Source: Chiloscyllium plagiosum (lineage: Eukaryota). Taken from it: 64,000 nt of DNA. The notes beneath the pieces were generated by a model. It was not told the origin of the DNA and made no database searches. It saw nothing but the letters and a program-made list of their open reading frames with translations. Location: contig NC_057719.1 in the NCBI RefSeq assembly GCF_004010195.1, forward strand, positions 81,072,682 to 81,136,681, written 5' to 3'. The stretch's first letter is position 1; every line of letters begins with the position of its first letter. Shown here in pieces: positions 50,681 to 64,000 of the stretch. Position numbers and translations under genes: made by a program.

Positions 50681-52711
50681 GAAAGTACCCACCTTGGACC
50701 AACTCAAAAATGAGCTGAGCCAGACAGGATTCAACTGCTGTATGTGGAGGTTTCCATGTGTTCTGAAAGATGGGAGAGAAACAGGCAGATACTCACACTT
50801 TCTATGATGTTGCAGTCAAATATCTGAAGGACAGTGTTGAATTCTTATGATTTGGAGGTGCCTGTATTAGACTGGGATGGACAAAGCTAGCAATCACACA
50901 ACACCAGGTTATAGTCCAACAGGTTTATTTGGAGGCACTAGCTTTCGGAGCACTGCTTCAACCACCTGATAAAGAAGCAGTGCTTCCAAAGCTGATGCCT
51001 CAAAATAAACCTGTTAGACTATAACCTCATGTTGTGTGATTTTTAATTTTGAATTCTTATAGAATTCGTAAGCATTCGATAAGGCCACCTTGACAGAGAA
51101 ATTGATTCTTTTCTTGCATTTTAACAGGACAAGAAACATTGAAGTCTCATACTTCAGGCTCCTACCTCAAAGTTGAAATGTTGGCCTCTCATCTACATGA
51201 GTGTCTGGTCAGAGTCAACAAAAATGACCACCAGCATGAGGTCAACTAAAAAAATGACCCAAGCTGAAGTGATGGATAGAGGAAGAGGTGAGCATGCTGA
51301 CTGCTTCACTACCTGCCTTGTATTAATTTGTTAGGCAGGTTTGAATAACTGATTGACATAGGAGAAACTACCAGTCCCTGTAAATACAGTATATTAACAG
51401 GCACTTAGAGACAGAGGCTATACTTAGTCTGGCAGCCACCTTCTTTAGATAGAGGAAGTCTGGGAAAATAAAGAAGATGGAAGGAGAGGGGGCGAGAGCT
51501 TCCTAACTCTTCAGTTACTAAGGGGAATTCTGGTGTCACAAACTAGAGAGATCAAGACTCGAAACACTATCCATTCATTTTCCAGGATTAAATAAACTAC
51601 TTTTGGCTGTCACAGGTACAATGGTCTTCCTATCGATGTAGCTGATACATCATATCACAACTATTACTTCTTAATTTGCTTAATTGACTTTCTTAAAATA
51701 ATTTACAAATTCTCAACTGCCTTTTAACTGACAAATCCTGAACCTCAAAACTTGCAGACAAATTCAGAGTCTGGGATTTCTGTGGTGAGTAATACCTGTT
51801 TGGTACCCCATCCATCACCTTCAACATTCAGCACCCTCACTCCTGACACACAATGGCAGCAGGATGTACCAATTACCAGATGCACAGCGGTTACTCACCC
51901 AAGCTCTTTTGACAACATGTTTCAAATTTGCAACCTCCACATCTAAAAGATAAAGGGTAGAAGATGCTTGGGAACACCATCACCTGCAAACTCCTTTCAA
52001 AGTCACACACCATCCTGACTCAGAGTTATATTGCCGCTCCTTCACTGTCACTGTCACATCTTCTTTTGATGTACCTACACTCTATGCACTGCAGTGGTTC
52101 AAAGTGGCAACTCCCCATCACCTTCTCAAGGGAAATTAAGGTTGGGCAATGAGCACTGCTCTAGTCAGTGACACCCACATTCCATGAACTCCAAAGCCTG
52201 CCCACCATCAATAAGCCAGGAGTGTGATGAAATACTTATCTGGATGGGCGTAGCTCCAACAACACTTTAAAAGCTCAACAATATTCAGGACAAAGCAGCT
52301 CATTTGCCAGTCATCCCATCTGCCACATTTAACATTCACACACTCCAACATTGTAACACAGGTCTGCAGTGAGTACCATATACAGATGCAGAAAGGGAAT
52401 TCACATAGGCTCCTTTTACAATATTATCCAAGTCTGTAACCTCTGTCACCTAGAAGGGAAAAGGCAGCAAATGTTTGGGAACATCACAAATGGAAGTTTC
52501 TCGCTGAACCACACAAATCCTGACATGGAAATACAACACATTCCTTCATCACTATGGATAAAACCTCGCCACTCCCTACCTAACAGCATCGTAAGTCTAT
52601 CTACACCAGATGGACTGTAGCAGTTCAAGAAGGTGTCTCACCTTCTGGCCTCACCAATGATCTTCACATTCTGGGAAAGACTTAAAAGAAAGGCTTCTCT
52701 CAAATGCTTAC

Positions 52712-52844
52712 CTTGAGTACAGTCCACTTCCAACAGACGGGGAGGAAGGTGGTGTAGGGGAAGCTTCTTTCATTGCTGGAGACAGTGTGGGAGGAGTAGA
52801 AGACAAGACACTAGGGCCTGAAGTAGCAGCATCATCAGAATCAC
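52712..52844 (-). CDS. PACS2: PACS2 coding exon (133 nt)
   Basis: ctgcag / gtaagc; (G)[43 protein letters not shown]; phase 1-2. Confidence 0.93.
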
Positions 52845-53335
52845 CTGCAGGTAATATAACTTTATTTAGCACTATTATGATATGATCTGACAGTGTAAGT
52901 CTAAGACATATTTGAAAAACATCTCTAACCAATGACAGTATCAAATGCCAGAGAGCACAACACTCATTTGGCCAAGAGTCAAGTTCCTTTCCATTAATGG
53001 TTTGCAAACTGGGTTCCACAGATACTTCTCAAGAAGCCCATGAAATAATGTGAAAATGTTGCAGCTGCATGTGCAATGCAGTGTGGGCTGTCTGTCTCAC
53101 CTGGAGATGCATAGAGTGACACAAATGCAAATGCCTGTTTTCTTAGAAGTATTATTGAAAGACTCATAACATGCATTAGAATTGAGATTGGGGTAGAGTG
53201 TTGATCAGTGATTACTAGCCCATTTGTGCAGGGGTAATGCAAAGAAATAAGCTTGAGAACCAGTTCTCTGCATGGCCTCACACATATTTCCCATCATTTG
53301 CAGGGAATCAATTGAGCTCAGAGGAAATTACCAAC

Positions 53336-53378
53336 CTGACGTCGCTGAAGACTGCTCCACAATTCCGACTTTCACCAC
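53336..53378 (-). CDS. PACS2: PACS2 small coding exon (43 nt), not in the ORF track
   Basis: ttgcag / gttggt; VVKVGIVEQSSATS(G); phase 0-1 bridges both neighbours. Confidence 0.9.
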
Positions 53379-53511
53379 CTGCAATATTATAGATTTAGAT
53401 GTATTAAGAGCAGAAAGTATCGAGAATCAGCAGCCAATTACTATGAAGAACATGTGTTGATATGCAGTTTGTATGCATATCTTCCTCAGTATCTGGGCTG
53501 TTTGTACAGTA

Positions 53512-53795
53512 TTAGAATCCCTGTGGAAACAGGCCCTTTGGCCCAACAAGTTCACACCGACCCTCCGAAGAGTAACCCACCCAGACCCATTCCCCCACCC
53601 GATAATTTATCCCTGACTAATAACCTACACTATGGACAATTCATCTAACCTGCACATCTTTGGATTTTGGGAGGAAACCGGAGCACCCAGAGGAAACCCA
53701 CACAGACACGGGGAAAATCCACAGAGACTGGAATCGAACCCGGGTCCTGGCACTGTGAAGCAGCAACGTTAACCACTGAACCGCCGTGTCACCCA
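53512..53795 (-). mobile_element. HE1-like V-SINE (deleted)
   Basis: Same family as the copy at 44057. Confidence 0.8.
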
Positions 53796-54759
53796 TGTGG
53801 AGCACAAGACTCTCATCATCTGATCATACAGAGTCAGCCTCTCAATTCCAAAATAGGGAGTACAGCTTCTCAGTATCTGGATTTCATGGAATGTTTAACC
53901 TTCTATGTTTCTGTTGATTATATACAGGCTATAACCCATAATTTTAAATGAAAAATAAGTTACAGTGACACAAAAGCAAACTACGCAAATGTTTAATACA
54001 CCTACCTCAAAATGCAAGCATACACTCAATTCACTTCCTCAAAGACATGCATATCTATTCAACCTTTTCTCCAACTGGCATCAATTCCTCGACTCTCTTC
54101 ATGGTGAAATACATTCAGCCGTCCTCCACAAATATACACAAGTATTCCTTCAGTGCTTCCTCAGTGTTCCTGACTAAATTTGTAGCCCATCCCTAAACCA
54201 CCCAGAATGCATGCATTTACTTTTTCAAAGTTGAAAATCACACAACACCAGGTTATAGTCCAACAGGTTTATTCGGACTATAACCTGATATTGTGCAATT
54301 TTTAGCTTTGTACACCCCATCCAACACTGGCACCTCCAAACTACGTACACTTTTTCAGGTCACGTGCCCATCAAAATCACTCTACAGTCTCACATACAAA
54401 CACAAGCTTCAATGAAAATCTAGTGTACACTTGTTCAATCACAATCTCCATCCAACTAAATGCCCACACACCTGCAACTCTCATGTCTCAACAAGCACAC
54501 AAAATGTAATATTCTTTTCTGTTGAGTTCATAAAACATTCTCTTTCTTGATAATAAGCATTAAACACTGTAGACCATTTAGCCTCTGGATCTACTTTACC
54601 ACTCAATAAGATTATGGCTGATCTGATCGTGAATTTAACTCCACATTCTTTCCTAATCTACATAACTTTTGATTCGGAGATGCCGGTGTTGGACTGGGGT
54701 GTACAACGTTAAAAATCACACAACACCAGGTTATAGTCCAACAGGTTTAATTGGAAGCA

Positions 54760-54794
54760 CACTAGCTTTCGGAGCGACGCTCCTTCATCAGGTG
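54760..54794 (-). ncRNA. Minimal hammerhead ribozyme motif
   Basis: CAC-CTGATGA-A-GGAGCGTCGCTCC-GAAA-GCTA-GTG: core, stem II, palindromic AGCT stem III, CUA site and stem I CAC/GTG. Confidence 0.65.
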
Positions 54795-55294
54795 ATTGTG
54801 GAGGGCTCGATTGTAACACAGAATTTATAGCAAAAATTTGCATTGTGATGTAACTGAAATTATACATTGAAGAATTGATTGTCTGTTAAGCCTTTCATCC
54901 GTTAGAATACAGTGATAGTTTCACTTTTTTCATGTGTAAATCACAAAACCCTTTTTTATATAAAAGTTGCATTCTCAGGTTAGCTGTTAACAATGGTGAT
55001 AGCTAGACAATATGTTGAAGGTGTTAGCCCCCTGTGTTCTCTGTCTATGACCTGATGTTTAGATTGATTCCAATCTAAAAAGTGAAATAACAGAGTTTTA
55101 CATAAATTCATGCAGTTTTTGCGCTCAGAGTTCGACATGAATCTATGTAGTTTTTGAGCAAATGTAGTTTTTGAGCAATGTAACTCTGAAAGTACCAATA
55201 AAATTCACCACACAGAATATATATGTGTGCATGTGGGTCTTTGTCTGTCTGTGTGTGTCTGTCTGTCTGGGGTGGGGGTTGTGAATGTGAGAAA

Positions 55295-55311
55295 NNNNNN
55301 NNNNNNNNNNN
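55295..55311. other. Assembly gap (17 N)
   Basis: N run flanked by a near-duplicated segment. Confidence 0.98.
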
Positions 55312-55423
55312 CTATGTAGTTTTTGAGCAAAGTGCAATGTAACTCTGAAAGTACCAATAAAATTCACCACACACAATATATATGTGTGCATGTGGGTCTT
55401 TGTCTGTCTGGGGTGGGGGTTGT

Positions 55424-55492
55424 GAGCGTGTGTGAGCGTGTGTGAGCGTGTGTGAGCGTGTGTGAGCGTGTGTGAGCGTGCGTGCGTGCGTG
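55424..55492. repeat. (GAGCGTGTGT)n / (GCGT)n short tandem repeat
   Basis: Directly visible. Confidence 0.9.
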
Positions 55493-55794
55493 CAGTGCAA
55501 TGGTGATCACCTGTAATGTGACATGAACCCAAGGTCCCGGTTGAGGCCCTCCACCGAAGTGGTCCAGGATATTCAGCCTCGGACCTTCGGGTGACCATCC
55601 TCCAAGGTGGACTTCGGGACAGGCAGCAGAGGAAAGTGGCTGAGCAGAGGCTGATAGCTAAGTTCGGTACCCATAGGGAGGGCCTCAACTGGGATTGGCT
55701 TAACAGACAATCAATTCTTCAATGTAAAATTTCAGTTACATCACACTGCAAATTTTTGCTATAAATTCTGTGTTACGATCGAGTCCTCCACAAT

Positions 55795-55829
55795 CACCTG
55801 ATGAAGGAGTGTCGCTCCGAAAGCTAGTG
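55795..55829 (+). ncRNA. Minimal hammerhead ribozyme motif
   Basis: CAC-CTGATGA-A-GGAGTGTCGCTCC-GAAA-GCTA-GTG. Confidence 0.62.
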
Positions 55830-56369
55830 TGCTTCCAATTAAACCTGTTGGACTATAACCTGGTGTTGTGAGATTTTTAACTTTGTACATAACTTTTGAT
55901 TTCCTTGACAATCAAAAATTTAGCTAACCTAGTGTGACATATATTTATGATCCAGTATTCACTGCTCATCCAGGAAGAGACTAAGTTCGAAAACTAACAA
56001 CCCTTTGAGAGAAAAAATTCTCCCTCATTGTGTTTTAATTAGGATTTCTCATTTTTAAATTGTGCCTCCAGTTCTAGATTATCTCACCAAGTGGAACATT
56101 TTCCACCCCGGTACAATCAACTCTCAGTAATACTTAGAATCAATAGCTAGTAATACGCAGCAAGACCATTCATTATAGAGTCGTGATTAAAATTTACATA
56201 ACAGGAATTGAATGATAGTGAAGATTTCAGATGTGTGATTTGAGCAGGATTTGAAGGAAAGAGGCATGTCAAAGCAGAGAGATTTACAAATATATGACAA
56301 CTAACAGTTGAACAGTAACGGAGGAGACACCAGAAAAGCAGAATGTTTGATGATAGAGAATTTGAGAGT

Positions 56370-59000
56370 TTTTCCCATATTCATCTCCAGATGTGGTTAG
56401 CCCAATTGTGCAAGAGGTGGTGGTGATGAGCTGCCTCCTTGAACAACAGCCTACCATGTTGTGTAGGTGCACCCATAGTGCTATGAAGGAGGGAGGGAAT
56501 TCCAGGATTTTGACCCAACATCATTGAAGGAATTGCAATATATTTTCAAGTCAGGATGGTGACTGGCTTGCATGGGAACTTGCAGCTGGTGGTGCTCCCT
56601 ATGTACCTGCTGTTCTTCCAGATGGTAAAGGTTGTGGGCATTGAAGGTTTTGTCGAAGCAGCCTTTTTGAGTTATTGCAGTGCATCTCATAGATGGCACA
56701 CTGTGTAAGAGAATGAAGTGAATGTTGATGGGGTTAGCTGGGGTTGAAGTCAAGCTGGCTGTTTTATCCTGGACAGTATCAAACTTGAGTATTGGAGCTG
56801 CACTCTTCCAGGTGAGCAAGGAGTATTCCATCACATTCCTGACTTGTACTCCATTACTCACAGCTGGATTCCTAGCCTCTGATCTGCACTTATATTTATA
56901 TTGGCTCAATTTATGGCCAATGGTAACCCCCAGGATATTGATCATGGGGGATTCAGTAATGCCACTGAGGATAGTTAGGTTTTCCCTTGTTAGAGATAGT
57001 TATTGCTTGACACTTGTATGACATGAATATTGTTTACCAACCCAAACCTGAATGCTGTCCACGTCCTGCTGTATTTGGACAAGGGCTACTTCAATATCTG
57101 AGGAATCACAAATGGAGCTGAACACTATGCAGTCAACAAGGAACATGCCCACTTAGAGTCATAGAGATGTACAGCATGGAAACAGATCCTTCGGTGATGA
57201 ATGGAAGGTCATTGGTGAAGTAATTGAAGATGTTGGGCTTAGGATATTACCGAGGAACTTACAGATTGATGCCCTGGATTGGACTGATATCTAAATTGCA
57301 CAACCATATTCCTTTGTGCTAGGCATAATTCCAACCAGGGGGCAGTGTTTCCTAATTCCCATTGATTCCATTTTTGCTAGGGTTTCTTGATGCCACACTC
57401 AATCAATTGCTACCTTGATGTCAAAGACAGTCACATTCACTTTTTGAGTTCAAGCTTCCCTGTCCATGTTTGCAGGAGCTGAGTAGGCCATTAGACCCCA
57501 AACTGAGTGTCAGTAAGTAGGTCACTGTTGAATAAATACCGCTTGGTTTGCACTGCCAATGACACCTGCCATCAGTTTTCCGATAATTGAGAGTAGGCTA
57601 ATTGGATGGTAATTGACCAGGTTTGATTTGTGCTAATTTACAAGATATATCTGGGCAATTTTCCACATTACTCTGTAGATACAGTGCTATAACTGTACTG
57701 TTATAGCTTGGCTAAGGACATATATAGGTTTGGAGCACAAGTCTTCAGTACTGTTGTTTGAATATTATCAGGACACACATCCTACACAGCATCCAGTGCC
57801 TTCATATATTTAATTAGAGTGTTGAGTCAGCAGATCTGTTCTAAATCTGTCCATTCAGCGTGGTGCCACACAATGCAGAGGGATGGCATAGTGGTAATAA
57901 CACTACATTCCTGAAGAAGGGCTAATGCCCGAAACGTCGATTCTCCTGTTCCCTAGATGCTGCCTGACCTGCTGTGCTTTTCCAGCAACACATTTCCATC
58001 TCTGATCTCCAGCATCTGCAGACCTCACTTTCTCCTGGTAATAACACTAGACTTGTAACCAAGAACTTCAGGGAGATACTCTCGGGCCATGAGTTTGAGT
58101 CCACCATGACTGATGGTGAAATTGGAATTGAACAAGAAACTGCTCTAATGGCAACCACATGCTTTTATCCACTTGTGGGACACGGGCATCGCTGGCTGTC
58201 CAGCACTTTTATTGTCCATCTCTAGTTGACCTTGAGGTACTGTGCTGATCTGCCTTCTTGAACCGCCACAGTCCACATGTTATAGTTGACCCACAATGCC
58301 ATTGGAGGGAATTTCAGGGTTTTGACCCAGCAACAACAAAGGAATGGAGATATATTTCCAAGTCAAGATGATGAGTGGCTTGGAGGGGAACTTGCATGTG
58401 GTGGTTTTCTCACTGATCTGCTGACCTCATCCTTCTAGATGGAAGTGGTCATGGGTTTGGAAGGTGCTGTCTAAGGAGCCTTGGTGAATTTCTGCAGTGC
58501 ATTTTGTAGGTGTGGAACTAATCAAGCAGGCTGCTTTGTCTTGGATGGTCTCAAGGTTCTTGATTGTTGTTGGGTAAATGAGAAGTATTCCACTACATTC
58601 CTGGCTTGTCCTTTGTAGATGGTGAGCAGACTTTAAGGAGTTAGAAAGTGAGTTACCTTCCTGACGAAGGGCTTTTGCCCAAAACGTCAATTTTCCTCCT
58701 CCTCAGATGCTGCCTGACCTGCTGTGCTTTTCCAGCACCACTCTAATCTAGACTTGCCTCAGTATTCCTAGCCTCTGACCTGCTCTTATAGCGATTGTGA
58801 TATGTGATACATCCAGTTGGGTTTCTGGTCAATGGTAGTACCCAGGATGTTGATAGTGAGGGATTCAGTGATGGTAACACTATGAAATATCAAAGGGCAG
58901 TAATTAGATTGGCTCTGATTGGAGATGGTCATTGCTTGGCTTTTGTGTGGCATGAATATTACTTGGCACTTGTCAGCCCAAGATGTTTATTGATGTAAAA
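56370..59000 (-). mobile_element. Old LINE (CR1/L2-group) remnants with younger short insertions
   Basis: INILGVTIGHKL..QVRNVMEYSLLTWKSAAP..DTVQDKTA; a second copy lies at ~58160-58980. Confidence 0.65.
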
Positions 59001-61089
59001 ACCCATTTGGATCACTAATGTCCTTTAGGGAAGAAAATCTGTCATTCTTACCTGGTCTGGCTTACATGTGACTCCAGACCCACAACAATGTGATTGATTC
59101 TTAACTTCTTTCTGGATAGTTAAGGATGGGCAATAAATGGTGGTATAGTTAGTGATGCCTCCATCCCATGACTGAATAAAACAAAACCCAATGAAGCGTG
59201 TCATCCAATAAAGGCAAGACTTCATCTCCAAAGAACTGTTTGGTGGTTGCTCCTCCCAATACGGTTATAGAACATACAACACAGTATGGGCAGATAAACT
59301 TGGTACAAGCACATTGGACAGGACGAGGTCAAGCAAGCCTCTCCTCACACCTGCTGCAACTTCAAACAAGCACTTATGTCTTTTAAGGTTTGGCCAATTT
59401 GCTCAGTACTACCCAGTTGGTGCTACCCAGCCACTCGATGGCAGACATTGAAGTCCCCCACCCAGAGTACATTCTGTGCCCTTACACTCCTCGGTTATCC
59501 TCCAAGTAAAGTTCAACTTTACTGGGCCATTTCAGAACACACTTTTGAGTCAACCACATTACTGTAGATCTGGAGTCACATGTCATACAGACCAAGAGAG
59601 GATGGCAGATTTTACTTCCTTGAGGATACTGGTGAAGCAAATAGATTTTGATAACTGATAAAGCCTTTGTGGTCGCCATTAAACTAGCTTTTAACTTTAG
59701 ACCTATTAATTGAATCCAAATGTTTGTGGTGTGATTCAAACTCATGTCCCTAGAGTATCAGTCTAGGACTATGGACTGCTACCCCAGGGACAATGCCATT
59801 ATACTACCATCTACCAATGGTTAATTGAATACACAAGATGGAGTAAACCCACAGAAAGATTTTTATACAGAGCAAATTTTGATTTCACTGCTTATCAGAG
59901 AATAGCTTGTGGTAGCTACTGAGGATCAGTGAATAGGATTGGCAAGGAGGTAAGATAACATTGAAGAAGTCTGGTTTAGTTGAGGCTTATGTAGAGCAAA
60001 GCTTTGAAGACTTATTGAAAGCATACCGCAGAATTAAAGGTTTGAATGTGGCTGCCTGCTATGCTGCAATTGAGATGGGAGTATTTCAGAAGTGGAAGTG
60101 AGTCGTCTCGATAATAATCTAGATGAGGGGTTTAAAACTCAGCTGGAGGAGAAGCTAGTTGTCACCATTAGATTCAGTTTAAACAAAATGAGAGTTAATG
60201 TGCGAGACAATCCCTATGAAGAGCTTATGCTTGAAACATCGATTCTCCTGCTCCTTGAATGCTGCCTGACCAGCTGTGCTTATCCAGCACCACACTCTCA
60301 ACTCTGATCTCCAGGCCTCACTTTCTTCCAAATCCACCTACATGTACTAGAAGGGTCTCCTAGTTTCCAAGATACAGGCAATACCAAGAATCAACTGCAT
60401 TTTGATATGGAAATTGAAATAATGCAGAGGAATAAGGTCACAGAGGCAGCATCCGAATGATGGATTAATAAGGGACTGCAGCTGACAGTCCTTGGGATTG
60501 CTGGAGCTGACCATGTTTAACACATCCCCTGTGTTGTGTTTTCTTATGCACAACTACTTACATCTATATAATGCCTTGGGATGCAATAATATATTGCCAA
60601 CTGAAAAACGAACGTTATATGACCACTTGTAACACCAAAACTAAAAAAACACACATTTTAAAACAGGGGAGATCACAGAAGTAGATGTAAGGAAGATGGA
60701 GTTAGAGAGGCAGCAAGGTTTAGAAATCAAATTCCAAGCTTGGGGCTTTAAAGGTTGCAACAGCAGCTTCCACTCTGAGGTGAAAGAAATGGTGATACCC
60801 TAAAAACCCAAAACAGAGTTGAATAACTATCTCAGAAGGTTCGAGAGCTAGAGAAGGGTACACAAATAAGGAAAGCGAGACTTGAGAAATTTCAGCAGAA
60901 AGATGAACCATTTAATCTTGCTAAACTGGAAGCCAACTTCAGTCATAAGCCACAGGTGAGCAGGAAGATAAAAATAGAAGCATGAATGGACAACATCATG
61001 GAGGAAAAGTGATGGGGCATGACAGAATATTGAACATAATGAAGGACACACAGAGGAGAAACTTTAAAATATAAACTGAAATAACTTAC

Positions 61090-61132
61090 CCCAATAAATG
61101 GAATAAACTTCTGACAGGAATCTTCATCTGGG
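61090..61132 (-). CDS. PACS2: PACS2 small coding exon (43 nt); the gene continues upstream, probably beyond the window
   Basis: cctatag / gtaagt; (S)PDEDSCQKFIPFIG; phase 2-0. Confidence 0.9.
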
Positions 61133-62562
61133 CTATAGGTTAAGAGGAAAACAAGAATCAAATCTAATCCATAAAATCACGAGAGAAGGAGAACCAAGCG
61201 ATGCAAATATTAACATGCAGTAACAATTCTGTTTGATCAAATACTCATCTTTCAATTTGCATTTATACGCAGGATCATTCTTCAAATTGGCTGCAAAAAT
61301 TTACGCACAGCATATATGCACTAGCAGGAGAGTAATGTACAGTAGTATGGCTTTAGGTACAGAGCACTCCAACTGGTATTATCTTCCAAGCTACTTTAAT
61401 GTCAAAATGTTTAAACAATTTTGAAGCAATTTACTGGAAAGGTACCATGGAGTTCACATATGTGGAAGAGTCTAGATCTACTCTCAAAGTATACCTTTAC
61501 TTTCCAATCAATATTTCAAAATGTGCTAAATACTTTAAAACAAAGTACTGGAATCAAACTGTGTGGGAAGTTGTTCAAACCTACATTGGGGGCCAAAAAA
61601 TGACAAGGAGAAACTATTTATGTAATTCTTATATATGATACTTCCAACAATTAAAAATGTTAGTATATCTGCAGATGAGAGTGTAAATATGGAAAAGAAA
61701 TGTAACGGATAAGGTGTTAACATTAAGATAAAATAATGACTCTAGATGTCACTTTCACAAATAATGTTACAAGAGATGGAGAGTCTTTGGGAAAAGCTGG
61801 GGTAAATACTGCGAATAATGCAGGAGACAAAAATCCTTGGTGAATAGCTTGATGATTATTGGGAATGCTGCAGGATGCAGGAAACCTTTCATCATAATGG
61901 GCATAGTACAAGACACAAGAACTCAGGCTTGGTAAAGAACTCAGGAACTCTTAGACAGTCTGGGTCTGTCTGGTTAATCACTATTTCTGGGGTTATAACA
62001 ATACAATTGATTCATTCTGATGAACATTTTGAAAATAATCAGATTCTACGTCCGCATCAATTTAGTGTTTGTTTCGAAAAATCTTGGATTAATTTCAAGG
62101 TCCCTGCAGAAGAATGGCATTTCTAAGGTAAACGGTCAGGTTTCTTGACCTGTGAAACTAGCCAGAGCAAGTATTGCTGGTTATGACTACATGAAAAAGT
62201 CATGCCTGAGCAAAATGCCATGTGATAGGTCCACAGTTTAAACATCAAACTCAACATTTACATTGCACCTAATGGTACTGGAAAATATAATGATCAAAAC
62301 GACAGCTCCTATTCAGTATACATGTAAATTGCACATTTTCCTAGTTGCTAACATTTCTGAAGTATCAACAATTGCAAAATGTTAGCTCTATTTTCTTCCC
62401 TCAGATGCTGCCAGACCTGAGACTTTCCTGCAATTTCTATTTTCAATTCAATAAATAAATTGGAAAATAGTCAAAAGGGCCAGATTTCTAGAAATATGGG
62501 GAAAGCATAACAGAGTAAGACCATTTGGGTGGTTCCCTCAAAGAGCTGGCCCAGACACAATG

Positions 62563-62689
62563 ATTCCTGAAGAAGGGGTCCTGCCCGAAATGTCGATTCT
62601 CCTGCTCCTTGGATGCTGCCTGACCTGCTGCGCTTTTCCAGCAACACATTTTCAGCTCTGATCTCCAGCATCTGTAGTCCTCACTTTCT
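62563..62689 (+). mobile_element. Penelope-derived mini-element with 13-bp TSD
   Basis: CCCAGACACAATG on both sides; CTGAAGAAGGGGTCCTGCCCGAAA motif. Confidence 0.75.
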
Positions 62690-63420
62690 CCCAGACACAA
62701 TGGGCCAAATTTTACATAAATCAAGGTCCTGAGTAGAAAGAAGGTTTAGACCTGTTGCTCTCCTACATTGTCAGGAGTTTATCAGCTTGTCTGTTCCTCT
62801 TGGAACAAAGGAAATTTGATTGGTTTGTTCATCATAACAGATCATATTTAGATCAGGCAAACAAAAGCTGTCCAATTACTTGTTAGCAGATGGACTAGGG
62901 GACACAGGTGTCTGTTGTACCAAACAAGCTCAGATAACATAAGAAAAGATAAGAAAAGATGAGGAAGACAAACATTGTTAGAACATCTTTTTTGTTGTCA
63001 TGTAGTCGGCTAAAAACAAGCAGGAGGTGAAGTCACTCAAGTGGCAAATATTCCAATGGCGCTGGCCCAAAATCATTAAAATCACTCAATTATTAAGACA
63101 GATTATTTTAAATAGAAAATAATATTTCAGGAAAAAATGCATAGCTGTATGTAAAGGGAACGGCTACAAAGACTTCTTGTCTGTACTACTTTGACAGCAA
63201 GTCCAGGTGCTGCAATCACTGCCATTAAAAAGGCCACCAGCTGTCCTACCATGAGAACACTGACATCTTCAAATTTCTCTTCAAACTTTGCCAATGATAC
63301 CAACAGAACTGTGGCAGACAATGTTGAGTGTACCAATCAACTGCACCATAACACATAAGTCAGGAGTATGGGCAGACAGGAAGCAAGTTTAATTTAATAC
63401 ATACTGGTAAATGTGCGGTA

Positions 63421-63990
63421 ATAGAACATAGAACATAGAAGAATACAGCGCAGTACAGGCCCTTTGGCCCTCGATGTTGCGCCGATCCAAGCCCACCTAA
63501 CCTACACTAGCCCACTATCCTCCATATGCCTATCCAATGCCCGCTTAAATGCTCATAATGAGGGAGAGTCCACCACTGCTACTGGCAGGGCATTCCATGA
63601 ACTCACGACTCGCTGAGTAAAGAACCTATCCCTAACATCTGTTCACCATATTTCCCACACTACCATGACTTCACCTTATTCACTATTGCTTTGGAATTTC
63701 CTGGGATCATGAAAGGTGGCCGCACCAGAGTCTTATAGAACTGCATCATGACCTCAGGACTCCGGAACTCAATACCTCTACCAATAAAAGCCAGTACGTC
63801 ATATGCCTTCTTCACCGCACTATTTACCTGGGTGGCAACTTTCAGAGATCTGTGTACATGGACACCAACCTCTGCTCATCCGCACTACCAAGTATCCGAC
63901 CATTAGCCCAGTACCCCATCTTTTTGTTACTCTTACCAAAGTGAATCACCTCACACTTAGCTACATTGAACTCCATTTGCCACCTTTATG
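63421..63990 (-). mobile_element. CR1 3' fragment(s)
   Basis: Reverse complement of the 32425-33065 family with an (ATAGAAC)n tail and an internal deletion. Confidence 0.88.
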
Positions 63991-64000
63991 CATTTTGACA

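Larger units (their letters stand above)
54675..55885. mobile_element. Penelope-like element with inverted terminal repeats, GIY-YIG C-terminal remnant and 16-bp TSD
   Basis: ~54700-54890 is the reverse complement of ~55698-55885; LRVTILQGGLRDRQQRKVAEQRLIAKFGTHREGLN at ~55585-55690; TACATAACTTTTGATT at 54659-54674 and 55886-55901. Confidence 0.8.

Noticed and set aside
55143..55425. Tandem duplication around the N run and the 181-aa ORF
   Set aside because: It spans an assembly gap, so it may be a contig-overlap artefact.
63127..63336. Further PACS2 exon
   Set aside because: The translation does not resemble the expected upstream PACS sequence (..HQLPIAEAMLT..).

Overview
Repeat-dense eukaryotic DNA. 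The repeat content (HE1-type V-SINEs, CR1/HER1-type LINEs, DeuSINE, Penelope-like elements) points to a cartilaginous fish, probably a shark; that assignment is inference. The only host gene I can support is the 3' end of PACS2 on the minus strand: six coding exons at 61132..43823 with GT-AG junctions in consistent phase, plus a probable ~5.4 kb 3' UTR. The left 18 kb is a nest of retroelements: a Penelope RT fragment, a deleted ERV-like gag/integrase, a CR1, a Gmr1-like LTR retrotransposon, an inverted Penelope pair and a 30-bp minisatellite. The most notable feature is a structurally complete non-autonomous LTR element at 12930-17279 (minus). It has two LTRs, a CAGG target-site duplication, a tRNA-Leu PBS and a PPT, but no recognisable gag/pol/env; instead it carries an intronless, decayed copy of the host RNA-binding gene RBPMS2, suggesting retrovirus-style capture of a cellular mRNA. 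A second theme is many short Penelope-derived insertions, often palindromic, with minimal hammerhead-ribozyme motifs and 10-16 bp target-site duplications. Most ORFs in the supplied track are repeat-derived. All family assignments come from motif recognition; no database search was run.
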